Assembly: GCA_030265395.1 (NCBI GenBank)
Contig: JARFYF010000007.1
Coordinates: 25,992,913-26,056,912, forward strand
DNA: 64,000 nt
DNA from: Rhina ancylostomus
Taxonomy: Eukaryota
Direction of reading: 5' to 3'
The position numbers were made by a program, and so were the translations under genes. Under the pieces are notes generated by a model. It searched no databases and was not told where the DNA came from. It saw nothing but the letters and a program-made list of their open reading frames with translations. Every line of letters starts with the position of its first letter. The first letter of the stretch is position 1. This document shows, one piece after another, positions 1-14,200 of this stretch.

Positions 1-178
1 AACGTGGCAGTAGAGGAGGCTGTGGACAGACATGTCAGTGTGGGAGTGGGTAGTGGAATTAAAATGGCTGGCCACTCGGAGATTCTGGCTGTGCGGTGGA
101 CAGAGCAAAGGTGCTTGACGAAGCGGTCCCCCGATCTGTATCTGGTTGCACTGATGTACAGGAATGTGCACCGAGAGC
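1..178 (-). mobile_element. Penelope-like element fragment, GIY-YIG endonuclease region (degraded, runs off window edge)
   Basis: Minus strand reads CSRCTFLYISATRYRSGDRFVKHLCSV, then after a frameshift VASHFNSTTHSHTDMSVHSLLYCH. This matches the Penelope pattern CxxC-LYIGET-R-LxxRFxEH...VAxHFN. Confidence 0.75.
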
Positions 179-179
179 A

Positions 180-1280
180 ATAAATGACACATATTTTGAA
201 GTTTGATAGAAAAAGACAAAGAATAATCCCACGTAGAATTCATTCAGTGGAGGACTAACCGTGGATAGTTGAAACAAGTAATCCAACCTGAGTAGGAAGA
301 ACTATAATTAGACAATGGGAGGCCTTCAGGTACAGAATATACACATTCCTATGAAGGAGAAACAACATCCAAAGCTAGAGTTCCTTGGATAATTAGAAGT
401 TTAACTGAATAAAAAAAACAACAATCTTGTGATAAGCATTAAGATTCAGAGTCTAGAATGGTGTGTTATGTAAAAGGAACAAGATAAAATAGACAATGAG
501 AAGGAATTAACAGATAACAAAAGAGAAAACAAGTTAATCCTAAACAAATACAAAATGTCTAAGTGTTTGGCCTGACTAAGACACAAAAACATAACTTTGT
601 GGAGCCAGCAGTGCAGTTGAGATACTAAACTAAAACTATACATCTATCTCCAGTCAGTGATGAGAAGGTTGCCAATGCAGCAATGAAGATGGAGTCAGGA
701 TCACATCAAATAGGATAAAAGCAAATAAGCACAAACTTCAAAAATCAGTAACTCATGAAGGTAGCAAAGTGATAAGGTCCAAGGAGAATGCATTCTAGGT
801 TATTGAGGATGGGGGAGAAACTCCAGCCATAATCTTCCAGTCATCCATGGATAGGGGGTGGTACCTCAAGAGTGTGGAAATCACATACATCATATGTTTG
901 TATATATTCATGTTAGCAAAATTGTTGCTGTAGAGAAGGTTGAGAAGAGATTTGAAAGAGGTATTCAAAAATCAAGAATTGCTTTAAGTGAATAAAGTGA
1001 AACAGTTTGCAGTGGCAGGAAGATACAGATTTGGGTGACAAATATGACACAGATTTTTTTGTTTACACAGCAAATTCTTACTATTTGGGATACATTGTCT
1101 GAAAGTGGTGAAGACAGATTTAATAGTAATCCTCCAAAGAAAATTAAGAAATCTCTTAAGGGACAAAATAAAAGGCTATGGGGAAAGTGCAAGAGAATGT
1201 GATTAATTTGACAGGTCAAAGTGTCAGTTGAGATATGGCGGACCAAATGGTCTCCTGCTGTTGTGCCATTCTATGGTTCT
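180..1280 (+). mobile_element. Highly decayed CR1-type LINE fragments ending in a CR1/HER1-like 3' tail
   Basis: Scattered ORF2-like remnants and a tail 'ggaccaaatggtctcctgctgttgtgccattctatggttcta' resembling other CR1 tails in the window. Boundaries are approximate. Confidence 0.5.
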
Positions 1281-2159
1281 ATTAACGTTTTAAAGCTCCA
1301 ACTAACCTTGCTATGAAATTGCAGAGGATAATTTTGCCAGCTTTGGCTAATATTGCTTGAAAACATTACTTTTAAACAGCTGGTTAAAACTGTTCCAGTA
1401 AATGTTCTATTTTTTTGCAGTAGCCATGTTCTGTCATCATTACTTGTGCTTCTGCAAACTACCAATTTACTGTCTTAGAAGTTTCATCTATTTAAAACAG
1501 TGCAAACTATCAAAAGTGACACATGGAGATAGATCTTCCACTGGCCTGAAGTCCCGGGTTGCTATTCTGCTTCTCACGTTGTGGTGCCTGACTTGGTTTC
1601 CTCTGGGAAGCTAGCTCCCAGCTGATTTTCATTCATAACTCAGGGCTGCGTTGGGCCCCTCCCGACCCAAATGGTTGTTACACTGACAAATGGGCTTCAG
1701 CATCCAACAAGGCCTTGCATCCAGGCTTGCCAGCTGTCAAGGGTGCATATAGATATTCACAAACATCCAAAAGTGATTAAGTTTTCTTTAAATATTTAAA
1801 AGACTTGAAATACAGACACGCACACACACAACTATTAAAAACATTTAACCTTAGTTAGACAAAATAAAAAGTATTTGCCTTTCCCTCAGTGTACAATTTT
1901 TTTGTTAACTTAAATGGGTGCATAGTACTTAACTTACCATGGGTTCAGAAGGCTTATTTTCCAGCCCACACCCTGCTGGGGAATTGTATCCCATCCAGGA
2001 ATAAATTTTGCAGGGGAGTGTAGTTGTGCCACGCAGCAGATCTTTGGGCACCTCTGCAGAAGTCAACCTCATGATATACATGAAATTATGTTCAAAAGTT
2101 TAAGATGTCCTTTTTGAAATATTAATTGTTACCACCATCACAAATGACATTAGGCTAGA

Positions 2160-5097
2160 CTTAAATTCTGGTATTCTTTATTAAAATACTGCTGTACATA
2201 CAAAAGTTTAAATCAGGTGGAAACATTTAACATAGAGGAGGGGACATAACAGACAAAATTGATTAATTTGTGGTAGCTGGTTTAAGGATTTTTTTCTTTA
2301 CAAAAATAAAGAAAATAAGGCCAAAGTGGAACACATAGGGCATGTTTACAAGGTTTTCTTACAAAAAAAAAACTCACCTATAGAATATATAAAAAAATTA
2401 TAGTAATACATATGCAAATTGTTTTAAACAGCATTAGCCAACTGAAAACCCTGTCTATAATTGAAAAGATTTTCAAAGAATACATGATTTCAAAAGCTGA
2501 AGTCACCATGTGATTTCAGGGGCTGGCGCTGGATCATCAAAAGGTAGCACATTATCCATGATGTACTGTAAGCCTTTATAATCTTTCTTGAAACAGCTGA
2601 TCACTAATTAACAGGCATGTGCCCAAGATTTCATCTTTTAAGAAATCAATACCAACTTCAAAGCCCAATTTGTAAATATTCTTAACTGCATGAACTGGAA
2701 CCTGTTCAGAACATTTGGAACTCTCCAAATCTATATCTGTGAATGAATTTTGTAGATGTAGACCTAAAATCTCATGATGACTAGAATGGTAAATATAATA
2801 ACATGGAGCAAAAGTGTTTGCCCTGATATAGAAATGCTAACTTGGATTGGGTCATGAAAGTATTTAAATGAACATTGTGGGCATTTAGCTACTCATTGAA
2901 ATTATGTTAGATACAAGAAACCATTTATCAGAATTTCACTAATGCAGAGATGACTTTTTTTTTGCTTTTGATAATCCAGAGGCAGTGTGCTGGTTGAGTA
3001 TACATCAAAATTGAAGCCCCGCTTATTTCTGTCCATTACCCTAATATTGGTCCGTACTGAGAATGTGAAAAGGCAAAGCACACCTTTAATAGTCAGAGAT
3101 GATCTACTTTCAGCAATCATTCACAAATATGGAAACAAGAAACTTTTGAAATGCACAGAATGATATAAATACAGTATTTCTTCATTATGTCAGAATACCA
3201 CTTTTTTAAATTTATTTTAAATGGTTTTATATAAAAGAATGCATTTTTCCCCAAAACATACAAAAAACAGCTGCTTCTGTCAAACAGATGAGCTATTGAC
3301 ATGACTTTACTTAGGACGTTATCCTTGAAAGAACATAGTAAAGTGTCCTCAATTCCTTTACAACTAAAATGAGGGAAACATTGTGATTGCTTGTACTGCT
3401 AGCTCATAGGCCAATTTGCACAGGATGCATACAAATGTGTCAATATCACAAATATATGTAGTCCTTCCCCATTAATTTTAACAAATGGTGCTACTGAGTG
3501 AATCTCATTGCAGTTGTCAAATAAACATAGCTTCCAAACCTTAAGCATGAATAGTTTTGTCAATACCAAACAAATCCAATATGCAGAACTTTACGCTGAT
3601 AATATTGGACTAATGAGAAAGAAAGTTCAATTGTAAAAACTGCATTGCTCTATACTCAGTTTTAGCATTCGTCTGCATTATATATAAAGCAACCAGTGCT
3701 ACAGAACATTTAATACTGGGAAGAAAAGATGTACTTCAGTCATTACATTGAATTTCTTTTCTTTATATCCACTTCTTCAAATTGTCTTAACAAATCTGGC
3801 AGTCATATATAACTTTTTAGTTAAACAAATCTGCATTATGTTTTGATATGTTTCTCTTATTTCGCTAAATGGATCCATTTCAATAAATGATAACACATTT
3901 AGAATTTGATTCTGCAAATGAAATAACTTCCCAGAAAAGTGATACAGCTTATAATCCTAAGATTCTGAAACATCATACTTCAGATAGGTCCAGATATCTG
4001 TAATTTGTATGCCTAATTGCAAAGCCAATTTTGGGGCAAACAGCATTGTAAAAGGCACAGCAGTGCACTATCCTTCCAAAATGAAGTAGTTCAATTGCAC
4101 AGGTTACTACTGTCAAATAACTGCTGCTTTTTATGTTAATGTACTTTAAGTTCCTTTTTGTTTTCATATCCAGTGTAAAGTACCCTAATAAAGCTGCTGT
4201 TCAAATAATAGAACTTTATACAAAATTAAATGGTACATAACAAAATTTAATCCACTCCTGAGATTTCAGGCATTGAACTCAATTTAAAAATTAGTCTCCT
4301 ATAAAAAAAAGCTTGCATAAATGTAGAGCCATTTTACCTGTTTATTACTTACATTGAATTCATTTTTAAAAAAGGCGCTGGTAGCTGAATGAAGCAAAAA
4401 AGCTACTTTTAAATTTTGTTATGAAAGATGTGTAGCTGTGATAGTTCAGAGATGCCATCAACACTGACATACAGGAGTTGTTTAGTTCCGACAAGTATAG
4501 CGTCCATAATATTCCACCTGATTTCCATAAAAATATGCTTCTTGTTGTTTGGTTTTCTGAGTGATAGAACATGGCAGTCAGTCTGAAGTCCAGCACACCG
4601 TTTGCCAGAACCATAACCCATCAGAATGCAGTTTACCAAATAGCATTTCCAATGGCATTTTCACCTCGTCCTTGCTGGAGTCTTGTGTGCAGCAAAATCT
4701 CTTCAACATCTTCCTCAGAGGCATACACTGTTACCCAGAAAGCAATTCTAAAGGTAACAAATTTCCCTTATCAAAATTACATGTGGTAAATCCTTAAAGA
4801 TCACATCCTGAACTTAAAATTAGTGCATAAACACGTGAAAAAATAAAACTGGGATCATCATGCATCTGATGCTGTTTCCCAATTTAAAAGCAGTCTTGAC
4901 AGACACAGGTGGCAGTTCCAACTCCTGTAATATGGACGTTCCTCCTTCAAGTAACAGTGTACCTGACCAACGTGCAAGCAGCGCTGCTCATTTACATTTG
5001 TCTTTTAAATGTGAAATGAGATGGCATTAGTACAGCTGTAGTGCAATTAGCTCTTTATATTGTTCTTCGGCAATACTTTGCCTGACCACAGCAAATA
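2160..5097 (-). other. PAN3: Probable PAN3 3'UTR (~2.9 kb)
   Basis: Follows the TAG stop. It is AT-rich and has no recognisable transposon, unlike the introns. It ends at an AATAAA (2177-2182) preceded by UGUA motifs. The end point is inferred. Confidence 0.6.
2177..2182 (-). terminator. Candidate distal poly(A) signal AATAAA of PAN3
   Basis: mRNA sense reads ...TTTTGTATGTACAGCAGTATTTTAATAAAGAAT...: two UGUA (CFIm-type) motifs just upstream of a canonical hexamer. Confidence 0.55.
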
Positions 5098-5238
5098 CTA
5101 CAACTGCCCATTAGAAGCTGCTAGGAGTTCTGAGAAAGCGCTTTCAAAGCAGCGCTTCAAATCAGCATAAGTCACCACAAGAACACTCTTTTCATCTCTA
5201 GAAACAAGACTTATTTTTTCCGGTACACCAGCATCCAA
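5098..5238 (-). CDS. PAN3: PAN3 last coding exon (C-terminal knob domain end and stop)
   Basis: CAG acceptor; 141 nt; LDAGVPEKISLVSRDEKSVLVVTYADLKRCFESAFSELLAASNGQL*, matching the PAN3 C-terminus. Confidence 0.97.
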   Translation of the reverse strand: MDAGVPEKISLVSRDEKSVLVVTYADLKRCFESAFSELLAASNGQL

Positions 5239-5469
5239 CTGCAAAGAAGTGAAAAGGAAATAGCAAATGTTAAATCAGCTTTCAAACTATAAAGCACATA
5301 CACAAAATTTATAAAATCATGCACTTAATATAGAGCTGGTTGTACACTTTGACACTTAAATTTCACCACTGAGATTTTAATTTGTTTGCAAATCATAAAT
5401 GATTGTTTATAATATTTCCAAAGCATCATGGCAGTGTCTGCTGTAATGATAAACATATTTGTCCATTAC

Positions 5470-5608
5470 CTTGTTCAAACAGGAGACAATGTGACTGAGA
5501 TCAATCCATGGAGTACCTGCTTCAGTTAACTGGTGGAAAAGATGATCTCTAAACAGTTTTAGCAGATATCGGTCACCTGTTTCTGACCAGGTAGGATCTT
5601 TTTGGAAT
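5470..5608 (-). CDS. PAN3: PAN3 coding exon (knob domain)
   Basis: TAG/GTAAT boundaries; 139 nt; (E)[46 protein letters not shown]. Confidence 0.97.
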
Positions 5609-8600
5609 CTAGTAAAACAATATGCACAACATAAAGTAGCAAGCCTATTTAATGTCCATTCTAAAGGTTTCCAGTCACAGACCAGTACACAATTCTCATA
5701 ATAAACTTAGTATAGACAATGTAACATTGAATAGTATGCTGAACTAAAAGTGCACAATTAAAGGATACATTTTAGCTTCTTGAAATGGAAATTCAAAACC
5801 AAATAGGAATAGAATTTTATGCATGGTTAATTGTACTACAAGGCTGATATAATTAAAAGTCTTCCTCACTAACTATCTCTTAATCTTACATAATTCTTTA
5901 ATGTTGGGAGAGGTAAGGATGGGCAATATTAAAATATTGTCTATAGATAGATATTCAAATGATTCTTAATGCTTTTAAGGCAATGAATAACAAGTTTTTA
6001 CAGAAAAATGAGTTAATGGGAAAATTACTAGCTTAAGATGGGTTTAATATTATCTATTTCTCACTTTAACAAGTGAACTGATGATTGGTTTGCTTGCATT
6101 AGCAGCATTTAAAAGTGGTGAAATATATAAAATTTATTCTATAATACTTTATTTCAAAATTTAGACTAAAGTGAAAAGGACAATTATTAAAATATTCATG
6201 CAAGTGGGCCTTACTAAATCATGCAGACATTATCATTTACTTTGTCCTAGGCTGATTTAATTCAGTAAAATTGGTAAAATTTGATGTTTACCGAGCTTCC
6301 AATAAATGGCAAAGCACGAGTGTATAAACAGCACAAACTTTATTTCAGCAAAACTAGGAATTTTAGATAACTTACCTTCAGTACTTTTTAAAAAAATTCT
6401 TTGTAGCTCGATCTCCACAACTAAATCAACACATTTATTAATTTGCAAAAATCATAAAATATTTATGCTTTAGTAAACATGCAATCTTGTCATTTCCGAG
6501 TGGCTCTTGTTGCATTGAAATTCTCTTCCTGTTAATGCATTTTTGTTTTTATAAAGCCAGGAGCAACAAGGCAGATCACATATACAAATTATGTGTCTTT
6601 GGTAAAATCCTCTTAATTTTCCCCACATGACTCAGCCAAATTAAAAATATCATTGAGGTAATATTTTCTCCAGAAATACAATATTTTTTCTTAGTTTAAT
6701 TATTTTTGCTCAGTTACTGATCTTTCTTCACTCCATTTCAGTGGATTAGCCAGCAGCAAAAGTTTGCAATTACATCAAGAATCTTAATTCAATCAAATTG
6801 ATAGCACTTCTACTGAGAGACAGAAAAAGGAATCAACCTTTCACATTACTGCTTGTCATAAAGTGCATTGCAGTCAATGAATATTTCCTTAAACATACAG
6901 TTTTGTAGATAAATGTAGCAAGTATGGACAACAAAATCTCACAAATAGGAGCTATATAAATGAAAACTGAACATGTCCAGAGATAAATTGTGATCAGCAC
7001 ACTGAGAAATTTCAACTATGGTTGAAAAGAGTGGCTTGGAATCTTTTACATCGGTAGACAAGTCGACAGATCACACCAGTATCTATGGACTATTTGCTCA
7101 ATATACCACCAAAATGGTAGCCCAGATTTGTGCTGTGATTGAATCCACAATTTTCTGATTCACAACTGACAGTTCCACTATTGATGCAGAATGAGTCCCA
7201 GAATATTGATACTGTGCTTCAAATTTGTTACAGCATTTCAAGCAATGTCTGAAACAACTGGGATGAGAGTTGACTGAAATAGGGTTCTGGGCTCTGTTGT
7301 AACAATGGTAAGCATCATCATCCATCTGAAGACAACATGCTCATTTGCTGTGATACAAATCAGGCTGCTTTGATGATTCACGCAAAGGTTTCTGTCAGTC
7401 AAGTTGCTCTGCAGTGTTGAGTGAAGAAGACCCCTGCCTAGAAACTGGGCCCATTCATTCTGTTTGTACATGCATAAATTGTGCATAAGTAGTATTTCGT
7501 GCCTATTTTGAAGCATTTTGCACCCATTTCATGCTGCAAGCCCTAATTCTAAAGGGCTAATCCTACTTTTCAGCTCTTGCTCTGTAGTTTGAAGCTATAG
7601 TTCATAAATCTTCATTCAAGTATGTTCTGAAGGTGATGAGATTTTTTACCTCTAAGGCCTCCAGTCCTCCTCCACACGGAGTGAAAAAATATTTTCTCAA
7701 TTTCTGCTCAAATCTTTTGAACAATTACCTTATGTTTATGCCTCACTACTTCTTTGCTGAGTGTAATAGACCATTCCTATCCACTTTTTATAGGCCTCTC
7801 AATTTTCTAAATCTCACCTAACCTTCCTTCAGACTCTGCTGCAAAAAAAAATCTCAGCTTTCGTTATCAGTAAAAGTTTCTAGTCTAAACCATATCACAA
7901 TCTCCTGTGGACTCCCTCTAGTACAATGTTACTTGTCCATAATATGATGGGCAGAACATTATACCGGAAAAACGTTTGATGCTGTTCCAGCATTAGCTAA
8001 TATGAATAAAATATGCAATTTTTTTGGGAATGCAGAGGTTATGGGGTCATAATCTATGCAAAGATTATGATTGATTTAGCTTAAACACTGATTTGAAAGT
8101 GGATACAATCCAAAGGCAAGAATATAATTTTGTTCTTTTATGATTTGAAGTCATGTTAAGTTTTTTTTAGTCTCTAACTATGTATTTCTGCTATCCTCAA
8201 CATCCTATATGGTTGATCTTTTGGGTGAAAAGAGTTACTAATTTCTATTACTTTCAATTAAGTATATAGTATTTGCTGCTTACAGTGTGGTTTCCAAATG
8301 CAGATTGGGTGTGATCATTTTGCTGACTATGAACCTTGTACTCTGCTTCCTGTACTGCTTCAATGAACACCAACAGAAGCTGAAAACAGAATGCCATATT
8401 TTCATTGGGCAGTTAACAAGCTTCTGGGCTTAGTGATTTCAGCAACTTCAGACTTTACAATTGATCCCAAATTCTTCAAAAGCAGTACTGATAACAACAC
8501 TGTCATTGCTAGTTACAAGTTTTTGAGACCCATTGTTCGATTCTTTACTTACCCTAATGTCTTTTGCATTGCACCATCATTCCTTTCATCTTTTAATCAC

Positions 8601-10106
8601 TTCATTCTTTGGCCTAGTGCAGACACCTCTTCCTCTCCCCTTTACCCATCCATCCCATTTCCTGCAATGAACTTGGTCAAAAACTGTCAACCTTGCCTTC
8701 CAGTTTTAAAGAATGGTAATCAACCAAAAAACATTTTCCTGTTCTTCTCACTACAATATTGCCTGATGTGGTAGGTATTTTGCAATGTTCTCTGTATTTA
8801 TCGTTGATAAACTATATTAAAAAATACAAATGAGGCCTTTTGCTAATTCTTTCTCTGAATAGATAAAGGAATTCCATTCTTAAAATATTTTTCAATATTA
8901 AAACATCTGGCTTGGCTGTTTCCACCCCCCCCCCCCCCAAAGGACTTGATTTTCCATACTCCAGTCTCCAACACACCCACAATATACGTAAGCAAACTTA
9001 CTTTTCAGAAGCTCAGCAATGAAAGAATTACAGTAAATTGCAGGACAGAAAGGAGCATGGATATACAGAGGGATCTAGTAGTGCAAGTCCATAGCTTCCT
9101 GAAAGTGACAAAGCAAGCAGATAGGCTGGTAAAGGCGGCACAAGGCATGCTTGCCTTCATCTGTTGGGGCAAAGGCAGCCAGAAAGGGATTGACTGCCAG
9201 GTATGTGCAAGAGCCCAGGAACACAGAGGATTTGGTAGAGTGCAGGGCTGTAGTACTTATGCAGCAGAGTATCCATGGAAGTATTTAAAAATGTGTACGA
9301 GGATTGAAAATGAATTTGAGGCATTGCCACGGTGGAACATAATGTAGGTTAGTGAAGGCAGTGGTGAAGGGCAAACAGGACTTTATGCAAAATAGGATAT
9401 AGACAGAANNNNNNNNNNAGAAGAGTTTTGCATGAGATCCTGATGTATGGATAAAAAAATTGGGTATAAACCACGAGCACAGAAAAGTCATGGGACACAG
9501 GTAATAGCTTTCAGCAGGTGTAGTGCAGTAAATGTTACTGATTTCTAATAATTAGTATTAAAGCTGCATATATATTATCACCTAATACTTGAATCAAAAT
9601 AGATATACAAGAAAACCGATCATTATCTCCATCTAATTGCACAGAAACTTGACATTAAACAAATATTCTATCCTTACACTTATTTATGTAATTCAAAAAG
9701 CCCAGTACTGAAACATAAATCTGATGGTTGCATATTTCAATTCCAAGACACCTGACAATTACACAAGCTGGACTTGGGTCACAAATTTTAACAATTTGTA
9801 CTTGTAGAACTCTGAATGCTGTACAAAGAGAAATAAGATTAGAATGAAATATTGTAAATACTCACCATTTTTCCTGCAATAAATCAAAAACCAATTATTT
9901 CATTTAATTCCACTGCCGTTAATTACTGAACTAACCCATTGTGACTTGGAATCACACAATCTGATTAACTTGAGTGTTCACTGGAATCTCAGGCCTAGAC
10001 TAAATGTGAGATGATATTCAAATTGAAAAAGTGAAAAGGGAGAAAGATGGGAACAATAGCCCTGCAGTCTCATTTTCTGTTGAGAGTTTCTGTAAATAAA
10101 GCTTAC

Positions 10107-10171
10107 TCTGGCCTCTCATTGATTGTTCCCAGTTTTGCTAGCAGCCTAAACAGCCTTCCATTTTGCACCTC
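10107..10171 (-). CDS. PAN3: PAN3 coding exon (coiled coil/knob)
   Basis: CAG/GTAAG boundaries; 65 nt; EVQNGRLFRLLAKLGTINERP(E). Confidence 0.97.
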
Positions 10172-10694
10172 CTGCAAGACAGAAAAGGCAAACAGATTAA
10201 AATAGAACCTAATTAATCTATCGCTAAACCATAGATTTTGTTTTAAATCAAGATGTAATTGAGGTACTTATCTTTTGAAGGTAGAGCAATTCATTGAAAT
10301 GGCAATATCTTCTGAAAACCATTTAAAGCTCGACCATACAATCAGAATAAAAGACAAAAATGCTGTATCCTCTCCACCCAACCTTGAAAGAGACGGTTCA
10401 CATTACAGCTCATCCCACTCCACTCCTTTACAACATCAAATCCAACCATTCAGGCACAAATGGGAGCTTTTCACACTTTAATGCTGCATGATATCCTTTA
10501 AAGTCCAATTTCTACTACTAATGATCTACTGCTAATTAAACCTCAAAATGATAACCCCTGTTCAACACCGGTAAACTAAAATGAATATTACCATGCTGAA
10601 CTGTTTTTGCTCAACAAAAGGTGTTTAAGTACAATGATACTGGTTCAAACAAATAGGCAAAATTTCAGATAAATTTTTTTTTACCCATTTTACA

Positions 10695-11062
10695 AACACA
10701 GAAATAGGCCACTCAGTCCACTGAATCCATGCCAGCAATCAAGCACCCATTTACACTAATCCTATTATTCTTCCCAGATTCCCATCAAATGCCCTTGGAT
10801 TTTACCAATCATTTAATATCTAGTGGCAATTTATAGTGGTCAATTAACCTATCTACCAGCATGCTCCTTGGAATGTGGGAGGAAACTTAGGAGCAAGAGG
10901 AGGAAATCAGCACCAAAGGGAGAACATGCAAATTCCACACAGATACCAAAGGTCAGGATGGAGAACATGCAAATTCCACACAGATACCAAAGGTCAGGAT
11001 TCAATTCAGACTGATGGAGCTATGTGGTAGCAGCTCTATAGCTGCAACACTATGCTGTCCCT
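10695..11062 (-). mobile_element. tRNA-derived V-SINE (HE1-like) with CR1-derived tail
   Basis: Reverse complement has a tRNA-like head, the V-domain core (TTTCCTCCCACATTCC) and a CR1-like 3' end. It contains an internal 41-bp tandem duplication. Confidence 0.7.
10919..11000. repeat. Perfect 2 x 41 bp tandem duplication inside the SINE
   Basis: ggagaacatgcaaattccacacagataccaaaggtcaggat at 10919-10959 and 10960-11000. Confidence 0.95.
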
Positions 11063-11269
11063 AACTCATGTATTCTTTTCGCTCTACCCTAAACCATGAA
11101 TAATTACCCTAAACCTTGTATCCCCATAGAAGTCTTCATCAGACTGACTTTATAACTGAAATTGCCTGACATATTAAATGATAAAAAAGCATAAAGTTGT
11201 TTGCGTAGGAAGGAATAATTGCACTACATACACCTATATCCAAAATTGGCACCATGACTGACTATGTTG

Positions 11270-14200
11270 TTCAGCAGGGAAGGTCAAAGTCTAAGTGAGT
11301 TATAGTAATAGGGATCTTTATAGTCAGGGGCACTGGTGGGGGTTTCTGTGGCCGCAAGTAAGACTCCAGGATAGTCTGTTGTCAGGGTCAAGGCAAGTAC
11401 AGGACATTTTGAAAAGGGAGGGTGAGCAACTAGAAGTTGTGATCCATATTGGAACTAATGACATAGGCAGGAAGAGAGATGAGATTCTGCAGACTCAGGA
11501 TTACTCCCTTTACCACATGCTAGTGAGGTTGAAAGTAGTACATTTGAAATGCATGGCTAAAGGCCTGGTGCAGAAGGAGGGGTTCAGGTACCTGCATCAT
11601 TGGGATCTCTTCCAGGGTAAGTGGGACCTATACAATAAAGTCAGGTTGCACTTAAATTGGAAGGGCATCAATATCCTTGAAGGGAGGTTTGCTACTCAAG
11701 AGGGTTTAAGCTAGTGTGGCAGGGTGTAAGCAGTGGGTCAGCAAGTGGAGTGATTGAGAAGTTAGGGGTTAAGTCAAGTAAGTCTAATAGTAAATACAGG
11801 CAGAGCCAGGATAATGAACATAGCAGGAATGATGGTCTGAAGTGTATTTATTTTAATGCAAGGAGTATAATGGGTAAAACAGATGATCTTGGAGTCTGGA
11901 TTAGCACATGGAATCACAACATTGTATCCATTTCAGAAATGTGGTTGAGAGAAGGGCAGAACTGTAGTCAATGTTTCAGGATACAGATGCTTTAGATATG
12001 AGAGGCAGAAGAGGTGCAGAAGTTGCATTACTGGTTAGGGAGAATCTCACTGTTACACAAAGAGAGGATATCTTGGAGGGCTCAGCCAATGAGGCCATAT
12101 GGGTAGAACTCAGGAATAAGAATGGTGCAATCAGTATGATGGGGTTATACTGTAGACAATGGGAGTTAGAAGAACAGATATGGCGGTAGATCGTGGAAAG
12201 GCGATTTTAACTTCCCCAATATTGACTGGTTGTCCTGGACTTACATTGGGGAATGAGACTGGTCAGGGGAGCATTTTGGGAACAGTACCATAATTCCACA
12301 AGTTTTAAGATGGTTGTCTATTAACACAAGACTGGTCATCATGTGAAAGTGCTAATTTGAGAGAAGGGTATTTACAAAGGTATTAGGTAGGAACTGGAGA
12401 AAGTAGATTGGGAATGGTAGTTTGTGGGTACATCACATCTGACATGTGGGAGTCCAGTTAATTAGCATTCTGGATCAACATGTTTTTGTCAGGATGAAGA
12501 ATAAAGATGGCAAGATTCAGAAATCTTGGATGACAAGAGATGAGTTTAATCAAAAAGGAAAAGGAAGCATATATAAGGATTAGGAAGCTGAAATCAGATA
12601 AGGTCCTTGAAGAACTTTAGGAAAACAGAAAAAACTTCAACAAGAAATTAGCAGGGCTGAAAGAGGTCACGAAATGTCCTTGGCGAGCAGGATTAAGGAG
12701 AATCCCAAGGCATTTTATGTGTATATTAGGAGTAAGAGGGGAGGTAGAGAAAGGGTAGGTCCAGGGATGAAGGAGGGAATTTATTCATGGAGGAGGAGGA
12801 GGAAGTGAGTGATATCCTTAATGAGTACTTTGCATTGTTATTCACCAAGGACATTGAAGATGGTGAGACCATGGAGGGATATATTCAAGGGCATACTGAT
12901 ATCGAGGAGATGGCATTGAATGTATTGAAAAAGCAAACGTGGATGGCTCCAAGGTCTGATGGGATCTATCCCAGGCTATTGAAGGATGCAAGGTAGGAGA
13001 TTGCTAGGGCTTTGTATTCTCTTTAGTCACAGACAAGCAGACTGGAGAATATGCTTTGTTTAAGAAGGGCAACAGGGACAAATCAGGAAGTTATAGGCCA
13101 GTGAGCCTTATATCAGTGATTGGGAACTTATTGGAGAAGATTCTTCGGGACAAGATTTTCTGGCATTTGGATAAACATAGACCTATTAGGGATAGTCACC
13201 ATGGCTTTGTGCAGGGTTCTAAATTTGACAGAGTTTTTCAACGAACATGATTGATGAAGTTAGGGGAGTAGATGCTGTTTACGTAGATTTTGTAAAGCAT
13301 TTGACAAGATCCCTCATGGTAGGTTGGTCCCAAAGATCAAGTCACCAGGGATTCACAGTGAGTTGGTAAATTGGATACAAAATCAGCTTGGCCATCAGAG
13401 GTAGTAGTATTGGGGCGTTTTTCTGATTGGAGGTCTATGACTAGTGCTCTGAGCGCAGTTGTTTGTAATATATATTAATGAATTGGATAAAAATATAGTT
13501 GATCTGATTTGTAAGTTTGTAGATGACACGAAAACTTGTGAAGTTATGGATAGTGAGGAAGATTGTCAAAGGATACAGCAAGATAAAGAAAATTTAAGCA
13601 GAGAAGTGGCAGATGCTGTTTAATTGGGACAAGTGTGATGTGATAGATTTTGGGAGGTCAAATACAAGAGGAAAGTATAGAGTAAATGGCAGGACCCTTA
13701 TGAGCACTGACATGCCAAGGGATTTGGAGTACAAATCCATAGCTCCCTAAAAGTGGCAGCACAAGAAGATAGGGTGATAAAGGTATATGGCATACTTGCC
13801 TTCAGTAGTCAAGGCACTGGATACAAGAGCTGGCAGGTCAATGCTGCAAGCAGTATAAAATTTTGGTTAGTCCATATTTGGAGTATTGTGTGCCATTCTA
13901 GTCACCACACTATAGGAAGGATGTGCAAGCTTTGGATAGGGTGCAGAAAGGGTTCATCAGGATGTTGCCTGTACTGGAGCGTATTAACAATAAGGAGATG
14001 TTGGACAAACTACGAATGTTTTCTCTGGAGCATCAAAGGCTGAAGGGCAACCTGAAAGAAGTATATAAAATTATGAAAGGTAAAGACAGGATAGATAGTC
14101 AAGTCTGTCCGCGCTCCCCCCCCCTCCCCCAGAGTGCAAATCTCAAAAATACCAGAGGGCATAGTTTTAAGGTAAGGGGGGGGCGGGGGGAAGGCAGTTT

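Noticed and set aside
1-2100. 3' end of a neighbouring gene such as FLT1 (tail-to-tail with PAN3 in mammals)
   Set aside because: No recognisable coding exon; the region is mostly transposon remnants, so it cannot be supported from the sequence.
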